A DNA stretch of 64,000 bases from an uncultured cyanobacterium (GTDB lineage: Bacteria > Cyanobacteriota > Cyanobacteriia > Cyanobacteriales > CAWCAG01): NCBI GenBank assembly GCA_963803805.1, contig CAWDOD010000002.1:1-64000 (forward strand), read 5' to 3'. The translations under genes and the position numbers were made by a program. Positions 42,025-51,926 of the stretch are shown in pieces (within the stretch, counting starts at the first letter, position 1; each line of letters starts with the position of its first letter). The notes beneath the pieces were generated by a model, which saw nothing but the letters and a program-made list of their open reading frames with translations, was not told the origin of the DNA and did no database searches.

Positions 42025-42088
42025 CTTTAAGCGCGGAGGGGGCAATAAGTAATAATTTCTTTCCTAAGTTTTTTGTATCTATTAATAA

Positions 42089-42122
42089 ATAAAGGGGATC
42101 AGCTTAAGCTAATCCCCTTTAT
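42089..42122. terminator. Bidirectional intrinsic terminator
   Basis: ATAAAGGGGATCAGCT-TA-AGCTAATCCCCTTTAT between convergent genes. Confidence 0.8.
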
Positions 42123-42155
42123 CATGTACCCATTACTTGAAAATTGACAGACCCA

Positions 42156-42884
42156 TTAGTCTCTGCCGTTAATAGCAATTAAGAGGCGGAGAATAAAAAC
42201 AAACAGGTTGATGTAAGTTAAGTACATCGAAAGTGCTGCCGGAAGGTACTGTTCATCTCTATAGGTGCGGGGCAAGATATAAAAATCAACCACCGCCAAC
42301 CCAGCGAAAAGAAATACACCAAGACCAGAAATAGCCACCTCTAACCAGCTTGGGGTATAGATACCAAAGAGGCTAAAAAGCAGTTGACCAATTAAAACCA
42401 CAAATAGAGCAATTATGCCTAAGCTGACAGTTTTGGTTAGGGCCATACCATCTTCTTCAGAGAGGTTGGAACCAACTTGCCTAGCAGCGATAAAAGTTAC
42501 GCCGCAACCTAAAGCCGCAATACCGATACCTCCGATACCGACACCATTGGTTCTCAGGGCTACGAAAATCAAGCCACTGAGAGTATAGCCAGAAAGTAGG
42601 CTGTAAATAGCTAAAAGAGGTAAGGCTACGCTGTTATTTCCTTTTTCAGCAACACTTCTAGCCACAAAAAAGAGAATTAACTCGACAATTATCGCGCCGA
42701 TGAAAGTTGGCATGAATAGTTCGGGGTAGTTTCTCATTACCCCTAAACCGCCATAGACTCCCACGGCTGTTAAAACTAATCCTCCACCCACAAAGGGCAA
42801 GGCATTAGCAATAACGTTAGGGCCAATTAGAGATTGACCTCTAGCTTCTTTGATCGCATTGCGAAAGTTACTTGTACTACTCAT
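42156..42884 (-). CDS. Bax inhibitor-1/YccA family membrane protein
   Basis: About 7 TM helices; C-terminal AALSMYLTYINLFVFILRLL. Confidence 0.9.
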   Translation of the reverse strand: MSSTSNFRNAIKEARGQSLIGPNVIANALPFVGGGLVLTAVGVYGGLGVMRNYPELFMPTFIGAIIVELILFFVARSVAEKGNNSVALPLLAIYSLLSGYTLSGLIFVALRTNGVGIGGIGIAALGCGVTFIAARQVGSNLSEEDGMALTKTVSLGIIALFVVLIGQLLFSLFGIYTPSWLEVAISGLGVFLFAGLAVVDFYILPRTYRDEQYLPAALSMYLTYINLFVFILRLLIAINGRD

Positions 42885-43125
42885 AAGAATTTTTGGAGTG
42901 TTGAAAGTTCTCTAACTAAAGGAGTTACTTAATATTTCTATTTTATTACTTGTCTTAGGAATAAGGAGCCTTTTTAAGTGTATACATTGAGGCACAAAAA
43001 AAATAGATTTGATATTTCCGTAAAAAAACTATGGCAGGACAGGTTGGTATCTGAAGAAAATGAATCTAGACTCACTAATTTGCTCCGTACTATTTTTGGT
43101 CTGCCTTACTGAGATTCTTGTAATT

Positions 43126-43893
43126 ATGACAAATCAGTCTCTTCCCGTTCGCGGAATGGAACTTTTGATTGCTTACTCTCGTAACCCCTCCATAAAAGTT
43201 CGGAATAAGTTAGTTCATTTGAACACTGGTTTAGTGCGGAAAGTTGCTCACCGAGTTAGCAAACAATGTGCCGAACCCTATGAAGATTTAGAGCAAATTG
43301 GCTACCTTGGTTTAATTCGCGCTATTGAACGCTTCGATCCTGACCAAGGGTGTGCTTTTAGCTCTTTTGCAGTGCCTTATATTCGTGGAGAAATGCTCCA
43401 TTTTCTACGAGATAAAAGCAGTACTGTGAGGATTCCTCGTCGTTGGCAAGAACTTTGTGCTAAGGCTAAGCGTTTGCGTAAAGAGTTAACCCAAACTCTA
43501 GGGCGCTTGCCCCAAGATAACGAAATAGCCCAAGAGTTGGGCGTTTCCGTTGGTGAGTGGCGCGAATGCAAGCTAGCTGTACAAAATCGTCTCTTGCTTA
43601 GCCTTGATGCCACTATTGGTCATTCAGCTAATTGTCCTGTAACCTTGGGGGAAACTTTACTCGACCCTGAGTACCAATCTAAACAAACTTCCCAAGAAGA
43701 TAAGCTCCACCTGCAAGGAGCATTAAGTCAACTAGAAGAAAAAACCCAAGCAGCTATTGAGTTGGTGTTCTTGCGGGATTTACCTCGTAAAGAAGCTGCC
43801 AAACGTATTGGCGTTAGTCCGATGACCGTAACACGGCATATCCAAAAAGGTATTGACCGTTTGGAAGAATTGCTAGAACCTCAAGCTGCTTAG
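43126..43893 (+). CDS. Second group 3 sigma factor (SigF/SigJ-type paralogue)
   Basis: LNTGLVRKVAH, EDLEQIGYLGLIRAIERF, FSSFAVPYIRGEMLHFLRDK; ATG at 43126 preferred over 43060. Confidence 0.88.
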   Translation: MTNQSLPVRGMELLIAYSRNPSIKVRNKLVHLNTGLVRKVAHRVSKQCAEPYEDLEQIGYLGLIRAIERFDPDQGCAFSSFAVPYIRGEMLHFLRDKSSTVRIPRRWQELCAKAKRLRKELTQTLGRLPQDNEIAQELGVSVGEWRECKLAVQNRLLLSLDATIGHSANCPVTLGETLLDPEYQSKQTSQEDKLHLQGALSQLEEKTQAAIELVFLRDLPRKEAAKRIGVSPMTVTRHIQKGIDRLEELLEPQAA

Positions 43894-43900
43894 TATTAAT

Positions 43901-44677
43901 TTAATAATGCTGCTTGTGGGTTAAGGAGTGGGGTTTCTCTAAACCATGAGACTCCATCAGTTTCTGGTCTGTCATAACTTCTTGGGGTTTGCCATCGGCT
44001 ATTATTTTTCCTTCGTCGAGGAGCAATACGCGATCGCAAACTTCCAAGATTAGCTCTAAATCGTGGGAAGAAATGGCGAAGGTTTCTGGAGACTGTTGCA
44101 GAAACTCAATTAAGCGTCGCCTTGCCCGCAAATCAAGGTTGGCGCTAGGTTCATCGTATAAGACTAACTGAGGCTGCATCGCTAAAACAGTGGCGATCGC
44201 CGCCATACATTTCTCTCCTCCAGATAATTGGTGGGGAACTCTATCAATAAGATGTCCTACTCCAGTAATCTCTAAAGCCTGCTGTACCCTAGTGGCAATT
44301 TCTTGGGCAGAAAGTCCCATGTTCTCTGGACCAAAAGCGACATCATCCCTTACGGTAGTGCAGAAGAGTTGATCGTCAGGATTTTGAAATACTAAGCCAA
44401 TTTCCGGCCGAAACTTCCCCACCTCCATGGGTTGCTCAAAAAGCTTAATTGTCCCGGCAGCAGGGGCTAAAATCCCGCAAATAGCTAGGAACAAGGTGGT
44501 TTTCCCTGCTCCATTCGGCCCAATTACACCGACTCTTTCCCCAGAGGAGATAGTTAGATCGAGGTTTTGCCAAATCAATCTTCCGTTAGCATAAAAAAAG
44601 CTGACATTTTCAAGAATAAGTGCTGCTTTTTCAGTGGTTTTGATGACCAATTGTTGATTCGGCTGTTTAATTACCAT
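43901..44677 (-). CDS. cbiO: ECF transporter ATPase (CbiO/NikO)
   Basis: GPNGAGKTT, FQNPDDQLF, LSGGEK, YDEPSANLD, SSHDL. Confidence 0.9.
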   Translation of the reverse strand: MVIKQPNQQLVIKTTEKAALILENVSFFYANGRLIWQNLDLTISSGERVGVIGPNGAGKTTLFLAICGILAPAAGTIKLFEQPMEVGKFRPEIGLVFQNPDDQLFCTTVRDDVAFGPENMGLSAQEIATRVQQALEITGVGHLIDRVPHQLSGGEKCMAAIATVLAMQPQLVLYDEPSANLDLRARRRLIEFLQQSPETFAISSHDLELILEVCDRVLLLDEGKIIADGKPQEVMTDQKLMESHGLEKPHSLTHKQHY

Positions 44678-44769
44678 TAGTTACAAGTCAAAAGTCAAAA
44701 GGAAATAGTCAATATTGTTATTAATTATCCTGTAGTTTGTTGGTAACAGGAGGCGAACATCACCTCCTG

Positions 44770-45546
44770 TTACTTGAATAAACTCAGAATTATTTCGGTG
44801 CTGACAAAACTCAAAGCAAGAAGTAGAGTTACGATAAAAGCAATTTTGTGCTGACCAAATAGGGAATTTAGTTTGGAAGTTGGGAGTGGCTTTTGTCCGT
44901 AACCTCTTAGGAGCATAGCTTGATAAACTCGCTTGGATTTTTCGTAACTACTTACCAGTAAACTCCCTGTTAATCCAGCAAGGATTTTGAGGTTGCGAAA
45001 GCTGAAACTTTTATTTTGGAAACCCCGCATTTTCATTGCCCTTTGTCTGGTTTGTAAAATACCTCCTAATTCTTCGAGGTAACGATAGGATAGTAACATC
45101 ATATCGACGATGGTATGGGGCAATCCCAAGGAGCGCATAGCTTTGATACTGGTTAAGAAAGGTGCTGTACCAAAGAGGATTAAGCTGATGGTGAGAATGC
45201 AGAGGAAGCGAGTGACAATTAACAAGACTTGCAAGCAGCCTTCTTGCTTTATATCTAAGAAACCCAGGCGGAAAAGTACTGTATTTCCGGCTACAAAAGG
45301 TAAAAAAATCACCACTCCCAAAATAAACCAACCAGGGTAGCGTAGTCTTGATAATAAAAAAGAAAAAGGCAATCGAGATAAGTAAAAAAAAGTTGCAGTG
45401 ATGACTATCATTGCCGGGAGCAAAATCAAATGCTCCACGAAGGCAAAAGCGAAAATCAAACCCAACAATGCTATTAGTTTAGAACGTTGCTCCCAATGAT
45501 GAATAACTGAGTCTAAATAAGCGTAACGATCAATGGCTAATTTCAT
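44770..45546 (-). CDS. cbiQ: ECF transporter T component (CbiQ/NikQ)
   Basis: LLSYRY..RAMKMRG..YQAMLLRGY; multi-TM. Confidence 0.9.
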   Translation of the reverse strand: MKLAIDRYAYLDSVIHHWEQRSKLIALLGLIFAFAFVEHLILLPAMIVITATFFYLSRLPFSFLLSRLRYPGWFILGVVIFLPFVAGNTVLFRLGFLDIKQEGCLQVLLIVTRFLCILTISLILFGTAPFLTSIKAMRSLGLPHTIVDMMLLSYRYLEELGGILQTRQRAMKMRGFQNKSFSFRNLKILAGLTGSLLVSSYEKSKRVYQAMLLRGYGQKPLPTSKLNSLFGQHKIAFIVTLLLALSFVSTEIILSLFK

Positions 45547-45567
45547 TTAGCTATTTATGATAAATGA

Positions 45568-46207
45568 CTAGTTTTCTAATAGTTCTGGCTTAACTTGTTG
45601 CAGGAAAGAAACTAACATTACTGTGAAGATTCCTTCAAGTATTGCGAGTATGCCGTGGGCAATAAGAGAAGCAAAAACAGCAGTTATTTCTGCCTGGGCA
45701 TTAATATCCTTGGAGATGTTGGTGACAACTAGTAAGGTATACAATGAAGCTCCCAAAGCTATACCACTAAAACCAGCCAAGAAAGCACAAAGTCCTCGCC
45801 AAGATGGTTTGTTATGCCCTAAGCGATGCCGGAGGTGGAAGATATGATGAGCTAGGAGTGCCGGAAGCCCCATGATTATGGCGTTAACCCCCAAAGTAGA
45901 TAAGCCTCCATGTTGAAACATTACTGCCTGGAAAAATAGCCCGATGAGAATGGCGGGGAAAGCGTAGTAGCCTAAAATAGCCCCCATCATACCGTTTAAG
46001 ATTAAATGAACGCTGCTAGGGGGTAAAGGAATATGAATCAAAGAAGCTAGAAAGAAGGCGGCGGTGAGTAGGGAAGCTTTGGGAATTTGCTCTTGAGAGT
46101 TTTTGGTTTGGCTAATTTGACGCAAGGAATACCAAGTTACTCCACCAGTCGGCCCCGTAACCGGCGATCGCAATACTGGGGGGAAGAAGACCATCGGGTA
46201 TATGCAT
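45568..46207 (-). CDS. cbiM: ECF S component CbiM/NikM, +1 frameshift near 46151
   Basis: True start MHIPDGLLPPSIAIAGYG at 46207; shifted frame continues TGGVTWYSLR..SSVHL..FQHGGLSTLGVN. Confidence 0.9.
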
Positions 46208-46209
46208 GG

Positions 46210-46713
46210 TTATTGAGTCTTCCTCCTAGCGAAGAATAGGGCTGTACCCACAAATCCCCAGGCACTAGTAACCCCCAAAAGAGCTTTTTGCAAGGGACTG
46301 TAGTTACTTTGTCCTGCTGCCCAAGAATTGCTGGTTGCAGAGGCTGTAATTCCTTCTTCATCAATAGGAATACTAACAATGCTGCCATGACCTGCTTGGC
46401 GTACTTTAATATCCCAATTGCCTGGTTGTTCGCTGTCTGGGATGAAGGTGAAGCGACCTTTTTCATCTGTAGTTCCTTTGCTCCAAGGCTTTGCCGGATC
46501 TTCAGGGCTATAAACTACTACCTGAGCATTAGCCATCGGTTCGTTGTTATCATAGGTTGCTTGAATTTCGACGGTTTTGGTTTCGCGATAGTCAATTTTG
46601 CTACCGTGGTCCAAGGCTTTCGTTGACCACGGCAAAAAAGATATACAAAGGAAAGGAAGTAAATATTTCCACTGGTTATGAGTCATAAGTTGAGAGTAGG
46701 GGGGGTAGGACAA
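46210..46713 (-). CDS. ECF accessory protein (NikL/CbiL-like, carboxypeptidase-regulatory-like fold); start uncertain
   Basis: Signal-like region ending at HG; ATYDNNEPMANAQV, GTTDEKGRFTF, RQAGHG; C-terminal TM helix. Confidence 0.75.
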   Translation of the reverse strand: MSYPPYSQLMTHNQWKYLLPFLCISFLPWSTKALDHGSKIDYRETKTVEIQATYDNNEPMANAQVVVYSPEDPAKPWSKGTTDEKGRFTFIPDSEQPGNWDIKVRQAGHGSIVSIPIDEEGITASATSNSWAAGQSNYSPLQKALLGVTSAWGFVGTALFFARRKTQ

Positions 46714-46724
46714 CTGGTTACTTA

Positions 46725-47582
46725 TTACTTGTTACCTGACTTGTAAAGACAATGCCCTTCTCCAACGTGTCCTAAACCTACTAGAGCTTTTTCTAAGGTT
46801 TGGTAGTCTTGGTTGGAAAGTTGAGATTTTAAGTTTGTTTCATCAACATTTAATTGTCCATTTTCAGCTAAAGCTGCTAAAGGGTCAAAACCGATTGCCT
46901 CTTGATTCATTTCATCATCGGCGGGAAGTTCTGCATCTCCGAAAATATGATCAAAATGAAAAGTTGTTTCAACTTCAGCTTGTTGTTCAGATTGGACAAT
47001 TCCTTTGCGTTCGTCACCAACAAATTCGCCACAAGTGTAATTTGGTTGAGGGTTAAGTTTGATGAGGAAATTAACAGTTTGACTTTCTTTTTTTGCCTGA
47101 CCAACTAAGACAATAGTGTTTCCTTTTGCTTCTCCTGATTCAGCTTTGGCTAATTTCCAAGCTAAAGCATTATAAGAACCAGGAGGAACTTCTTTTTGGG
47201 TAACTAATATCGGGTCTGCGTCACTAGATCCGGCTGCAAGATCGACAGTTTCCGGAGTTGTGATTAGTGCTACTACTTCTTCTGCTTCGATCTCGTTGTC
47301 AGATTCTGGATCAAAAGGAGAAGAGGTTTGGTAAGCTTTAACATCAGTTAAGGTAACATAAACTTTATCGAAATTGATTTGCCAATCATCTTTCGTTGTA
47401 AAACCATTTCTAACAAAGTCTTCGCCGTTAGCTACTAAAGCTAGAGTTCCTGGGGTTTGGGAACTTTCAGTTTTGTTTTCTTGTTCAGTTTGATTCTGTG
47501 TTGCACAACTAACTAATAGGGTAGTAGCTAAGCAAACCAAATTTGTTTTCAGAAAAATACTTTTCATTAGCTTGCTAAGCAT
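46725..47582 (-). CDS. Putative metal-binding lipoprotein (DUF4382-like) heading the ECF operon
   Basis: Lipobox LVSC, ANGEDFVRNGF, TFHFDHIFGD, LGHVGEGHC. Confidence 0.75.
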   Translation of the reverse strand: MLSKLMKSIFLKTNLVCLATTLLVSCATQNQTEQENKTESSQTPGTLALVANGEDFVRNGFTTKDDWQINFDKVYVTLTDVKAYQTSSPFDPESDNEIEAEEVVALITTPETVDLAAGSSDADPILVTQKEVPPGSYNALAWKLAKAESGEAKGNTIVLVGQAKKESQTVNFLIKLNPQPNYTCGEFVGDERKGIVQSEQQAEVETTFHFDHIFGDAELPADDEMNQEAIGFDPLAALAENGQLNVDETNLKSQLSNQDYQTLEKALVGLGHVGEGHCLYKSGNK

Positions 47583-47640
47583 TAAAGAGACAGCAGTTTG
47601 TTTTACCTTAATTATTCTTCAACTTTTTGCTAATATTTGC

Positions 47641-47659
47641 AATGCCCCCAGAGGGGATT
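47641..47659. promoter_or_regulatory. Candidate CsoR/RcnR-family (InrS-type) operator
   Basis: AATGCCCCCAGAGGGGATT, a C-tract/G-tract pseudo-palindrome about 60 bp upstream of the ECF operon. Confidence 0.55.
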
Positions 47660-47790
47660 TAAGCGGTTTTCGTAGTTGTTAATACTTTCTTAAAAAACAA
47701 AATTTTCTGTTAGTTTCTTGCTATAATATCCGAACCTTAAAAAGCTGTTTTTTATTACTAATTACTGATTACTGATTACCTAATTATCAA

Positions 47791-49428
47791 ATGCCAAACA
47801 GCTTCATTAGTAAACAAACAATATCTATGCAAACTCGCGACGGCGTGCGGTTGGATGCAGATGTTTATTATCCTCAAGAAAAGGGAGAATATCCTGTCTT
47901 GTTGATGCGGCAACCCTATGGTAGAGCGATCGCTTCTACAGTGGTGTATGCTCATCCTAGTTGGTATGCGGCACAAGGTTATGTGGTTGTTATTCAGGAT
48001 GTGCGGGGGCGGGGGACTTCCCAAGGGGAATTTGAGCTTTTTGCTAAAGAAATTGAGGATGGTTACGACAGTGTGATTTGGGCATCACAACTGCCTGGTA
48101 GTACAGGAGATGTGGGGATGTACGGGTTTTCCTATCAAGGCATGACCCAATTATATGCGGCGATCGCAACTCCGACACCTTTAAAAACTATTTGTCCGGC
48201 GATGGTAGCGGGAGATTTGTATACAGATTGGGCTTATGAAGGGGGGGCATTTTACCTACAAACCAACTTGGCATGGGCAATACAAATAGCTGCTGAGACA
48301 GCACGTTTAAAAGGCGATGAGGCTGCTTTTAACCGTCTTTATGCCACTTCTCGCCACCTTCCTTTTGATGATCCTCAACCTGTTCGTCCCAACATTCTCA
48401 CAGAGTTAGTCCCGGATTCTTTTTACCATCAATGGTTAGATCGTCCTCCCCAAGACTCCTACTGGCAAAAGCTTTCTCCTCAAGGATTAATGGCGGATGT
48501 GGATTTGCCAATGTTGCATATTGGGGGTTGGTTTGATACCTATTTACGTGGCACTCTTGGTATTTATCAACAAATGGCTAAAGGTGACAACCTTCAACAT
48601 TTAGTTATTGGCCCCTGGGGGCATTTACCCTGGGGGCGGAAAGTTGGGGCAAAGGATTATGGTGTAGCTGCAATTACTCCTGTTGATGAGATGCAGATTT
48701 GTTGGTTTGATTATTTCCTTAAGGATAAAGATACAGGAATTACCCAAGACAAGCCTGTCCGCTTGTTTGAAATGGGCAGCAATCAATGGCGTTACTACAC
48801 AGAGTTTCCTGATCATCAAAAACAAATTTATTATTTAGCAAGTAATGGTTTAGCTAGCATTAGGGAGGATGCAGGAGAGTTATGCAAAGTCCCTAGTTCC
48901 AAACCTTTATTGGATACCATTGTCAGTGATCCTTGGCGGGCTGTACCTTCTTTGGGGGGACATTGTAGCTTTCCTCCTGGTGCTTTTGAACGCAGCAGTA
49001 TTGACAGTCGTGGTGATGTTTTAACCTATACATCTACCCCTTTGCAGGAAGAGTTGCACATAGTTGGAGAAATTGTGTTAGAGATTTACTGTGTTGCCGA
49101 TGTAGCTAGTTTTGATGTTTGCGCTATCTTATCTGAAGTGCAAAAAGATGGTAGGGTTTACAATTTTAGCCAAGGTTATCGCCGTGTGGATGGAGAAGAG
49201 TTGCCCCTCAAAATCTCTTTGCAACCTACTTGCATTGCAATTAGTCAAGGAAATGCTTTACGTCTCAGTTTAAGCGCAACCTGTTTTCCTGCCTATCCTA
49301 TTAATCCTGGTACAGGAAAGCTGTCTAGAGATGCTACTTTGATTGAGTCGAGAGTGATTACTTTGAATATCAATAACAACAAAGATAGTATTTGTCGGCT
49401 TTTGATTCCCAAGGCAATTTTTAATTAA
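47791..49428 (+). CDS. CocE/NonD family hydrolase
   Basis: TRDGVRLDADVY, QDVRGRG.S.G, GFSYQG, GGWFD, GPWGH. Confidence 0.93.
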   Translation: MPNSFISKQTISMQTRDGVRLDADVYYPQEKGEYPVLLMRQPYGRAIASTVVYAHPSWYAAQGYVVVIQDVRGRGTSQGEFELFAKEIEDGYDSVIWASQLPGSTGDVGMYGFSYQGMTQLYAAIATPTPLKTICPAMVAGDLYTDWAYEGGAFYLQTNLAWAIQIAAETARLKGDEAAFNRLYATSRHLPFDDPQPVRPNILTELVPDSFYHQWLDRPPQDSYWQKLSPQGLMADVDLPMLHIGGWFDTYLRGTLGIYQQMAKGDNLQHLVIGPWGHLPWGRKVGAKDYGVAAITPVDEMQICWFDYFLKDKDTGITQDKPVRLFEMGSNQWRYYTEFPDHQKQIYYLASNGLASIREDAGELCKVPSSKPLLDTIVSDPWRAVPSLGGHCSFPPGAFERSSIDSRGDVLTYTSTPLQEELHIVGEIVLEIYCVADVASFDVCAILSEVQKDGRVYNFSQGYRRVDGEELPLKISLQPTCIAISQGNALRLSLSATCFPAYPINPGTGKLSRDATLIESRVITLNINNNKDSICRLLIPKAIFN

Positions 49429-49459
49429 CGCCATTCCCTATTACCCAAAATAATAATTT

Positions 49460-50458
49460 TCAACCCAAAACTTCCCCTAAAGATAACCTCATGCCGTTAA
49501 TAAAATCTGTCCCTGATTGAGCTTTCTTTCCTGCTGGTTGTAACTCTGTTAATAGTAATAACCCTTCTCCAGTTTGGACGATGGGGCCAAGCCTTTTGGC
49601 TAAGTAAACTACTTCTCCGGGGCTTCCTTTTAAAGATGATAATTGTTCTTCTTGTTGAGATAAAGCTGCTATTTCTGGAGGAAGTTGTCGCCAGTATTGT
49701 TTACCTAAAGGTGCAGAGGCTTTTATTTTCAGCTTGTTATCCCGAAAAGAGGTGGTACAGTTAGGAAAAAATCCCCTGATTTGATTATGAATGGCGATCG
49801 CACTATGTAACCAATTTAGTTCGTAATCTGATTTTTCAATTAGGGGGGCGTAGGTTGCTTGAGAGTTATCTTGGGGACTGGGTTTGATTTGGCTTTGATT
49901 GAGTTTTAAAAGCGTCAAAACCAACAGCTTAGCGCCAATATCAGCTAAGTTTACTGCCAAATCATGGGCATTATCGAGAATGCCAATGGGAGTCGATTCT
50001 TTTAATAATATATCCCCTGTATCCATCCCTACATCCATCAACATTGTCGTCATGCCTGTTTTGGTTTCCCCATTGTACAAACACCATTGAATTGGCGCTG
50101 CACCGCGATATTGGGGCAAAATAGAACCGTGACCATTAATACAACCTAATCTAGGTATGTTGAGGATTTCTGGTGAGAGGATTTGTCCGTAAGCAACGAC
50201 GATAAAGGCATCGGCTTCACTGATTTTGAGTTTCCCTAGGGTTTCTGCATCTTTTTTGATACGCCGAGGTTGCCAGACTGGTAAATCATGATTGAGAGCA
50301 ACTTCTTTAACTGCTGAAGGGATTAATTGTTTTCCTCTACCTCGTGGTTTGTCAGGTTGAGTGACAATTCCTAAAACTTCTATTTCTGGATGTTGTAGGA
50401 AAGATTTTAAGGTGGGAACAGCGAATTGTGGCGTACCAAAAAAGATGATCTTAAGCAT
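49460..50458 (-). CDS. fmt: Methionyl-tRNA formyltransferase
   Basis: [42 protein letters not shown]. Confidence 0.97.
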   Translation of the reverse strand: MLKIIFFGTPQFAVPTLKSFLQHPEIEVLGIVTQPDKPRGRGKQLIPSAVKEVALNHDLPVWQPRRIKKDAETLGKLKISEADAFIVVAYGQILSPEILNIPRLGCINGHGSILPQYRGAAPIQWCLYNGETKTGMTTMLMDVGMDTGDILLKESTPIGILDNAHDLAVNLADIGAKLLVLTLLKLNQSQIKPSPQDNSQATYAPLIEKSDYELNWLHSAIAIHNQIRGFFPNCTTSFRDNKLKIKASAPLGKQYWRQLPPEIAALSQQEEQLSSLKGSPGEVVYLAKRLGPIVQTGEGLLLLTELQPAGKKAQSGTDFINGMRLSLGEVLG

Positions 50459-50616
50459 TAATAAGGATTAGTTGAAGAAAAGACTAACAGAAAAGTTGAG
50501 GATAAATTTTGCGCCAGCCTAATACCATTTATTATTTAAACATTAAACATTAAATATTTATCACTGGCTATAGATAGCTGCGATTATTTTAGCTTAGATT
50601 TGCTGGAGAGTAAGTA

Positions 50617-50749
50617 TATAGCAATTCTACAACTTGTGAGGTACAGCATAGATTCTGGTTTTTGCGCTTTTGCTAGTGGCTAGTAGCTAGTGGTTGGTGG
50701 AAATATGAAAATAGACCAAATGTACCTCATGAATTTGAGAACCGCTATA
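50617..50749. mobile_element. MITE-like element with 29-bp imperfect TIRs
   Basis: TATAGCAATTCTACAACTTGTGAGGTACA ... TGTACCTCATGAATTTGAGAACCGCTATA (22/29 complementary); internal GCTAGT(G/A) heptamers. Confidence 0.75.
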
Positions 50750-50844
50750 GTTTGGAAAACTGCTTTTCAGGACGTACCTTTTTCACCATATACATAATAT
50801 CATGTCAAGGAAGAAAAAGGCGAAGAATAGATTTAAAGAAATAT

Positions 50845-51783
50845 TTAGCTGTTAGCTAATGACAAAAACATAACTTCCCAAACTAAACGAGGCTGAACAT
50901 AACTAAGAATGAATTTACGGGTTTCCTCTAATTTATGTAATATATTAGGCTGGCGCTTTTGTTCCCAATAGATGTATTGAAGATAATTGATTAACCATAA
51001 TTGAGTTTCCGTCTCTAAATTATCCACAATTTCTTTAGCTAAACTTAAAGCTGCTACAGGATGGTTAGGAATTTCTCGCAATTTAATTAATAACTTTTCA
51101 GGAATAGCTTGTAATTGTTCCCAAGCATAAATAGCTTCTCCGGGGCTACCTTGGGCAATATTAAGTATCGTTGGTTCGGCTAAAATATCTTCTCTCCCTA
51201 AGCTTTGCAAAACTTGTTCCATATCACTTATAGCAAGACGATAAAAAGGAATCCGCTGACAGCGAGAAACCAAAGTTGGCAACAAAGAATCGGCATTAGG
51301 AGTAATTAAAATCAAGGTTGCTTTACCTGGTTCTTCTAAGGTTTTTAATAAAGCGTTAGCAGGAGATTCTGCCATGGTTTGGGCATCTTCAATGACAACC
51401 ACTGAACGAGAAGATTCTAAGGGGGGGCGGCTAAGAAATCTGGTTATTTCCCTAATTTGTTCAGTACGAATTTGCGGTGGTGCTTTCTTCTTTAAACCAA
51501 TTTCCGTTGCTTCTTGTGCTGATAATAATTTACCTTGATGTTGATAGGTGGGTTTCACAAAAAGCAAGTCAGGATGGTTACTTTTAAGCAGCTTTTTTTT
51601 AATTACAGGATGTTTTTCTATTGGTATTTGCTCACAAAATAGTAACTCAAGAAAATATTGAGCAGTTAAACCTTTACCAATACCAGAGTAACCAGCGAAT
51701 AAGTAAGCCGGAGCAAGACGGTTTTGTTGTATCGCACTGGTTAGTAATTCAATAGCTTGGGGTTGACCAATGACATTTTTCAT
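50845..51783 (-). CDS. holB: DNA polymerase III delta' subunit
   Basis: APAYLFAGYSGIGK, NHPDL, ANALLKTLEEP, LLPTLVSRCQ. Confidence 0.93.
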   Translation of the reverse strand: MKNVIGQPQAIELLTSAIQQNRLAPAYLFAGYSGIGKGLTAQYFLELLFCEQIPIEKHPVIKKKLLKSNHPDLLFVKPTYQHQGKLLSAQEATEIGLKKKAPPQIRTEQIREITRFLSRPPLESSRSVVVIEDAQTMAESPANALLKTLEEPGKATLILITPNADSLLPTLVSRCQRIPFYRLAISDMEQVLQSLGREDILAEPTILNIAQGSPGEAIYAWEQLQAIPEKLLIKLREIPNHPVAALSLAKEIVDNLETETQLWLINYLQYIYWEQKRQPNILHKLEETRKFILSYVQPRLVWEVMFLSLANS

Positions 51784-51926
51784 TTATTATCATTTATATT
51801 AAATAGATTATTAATCCAGTCTATAAAAACTTTCCCTATTTCACTATCAGATGATTACCAATACCCACTTTGATGGGAGGAAAGTTATTAGCAACCAACT
51901 CTTCATTTAATTCCTCAATCTATTAC

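Noticed and set aside
46137..46466. 109-aa minus-strand ORF overlapping cbiM and the nikL-like gene
   Set aside because: Alternative frame over two better-supported genes.
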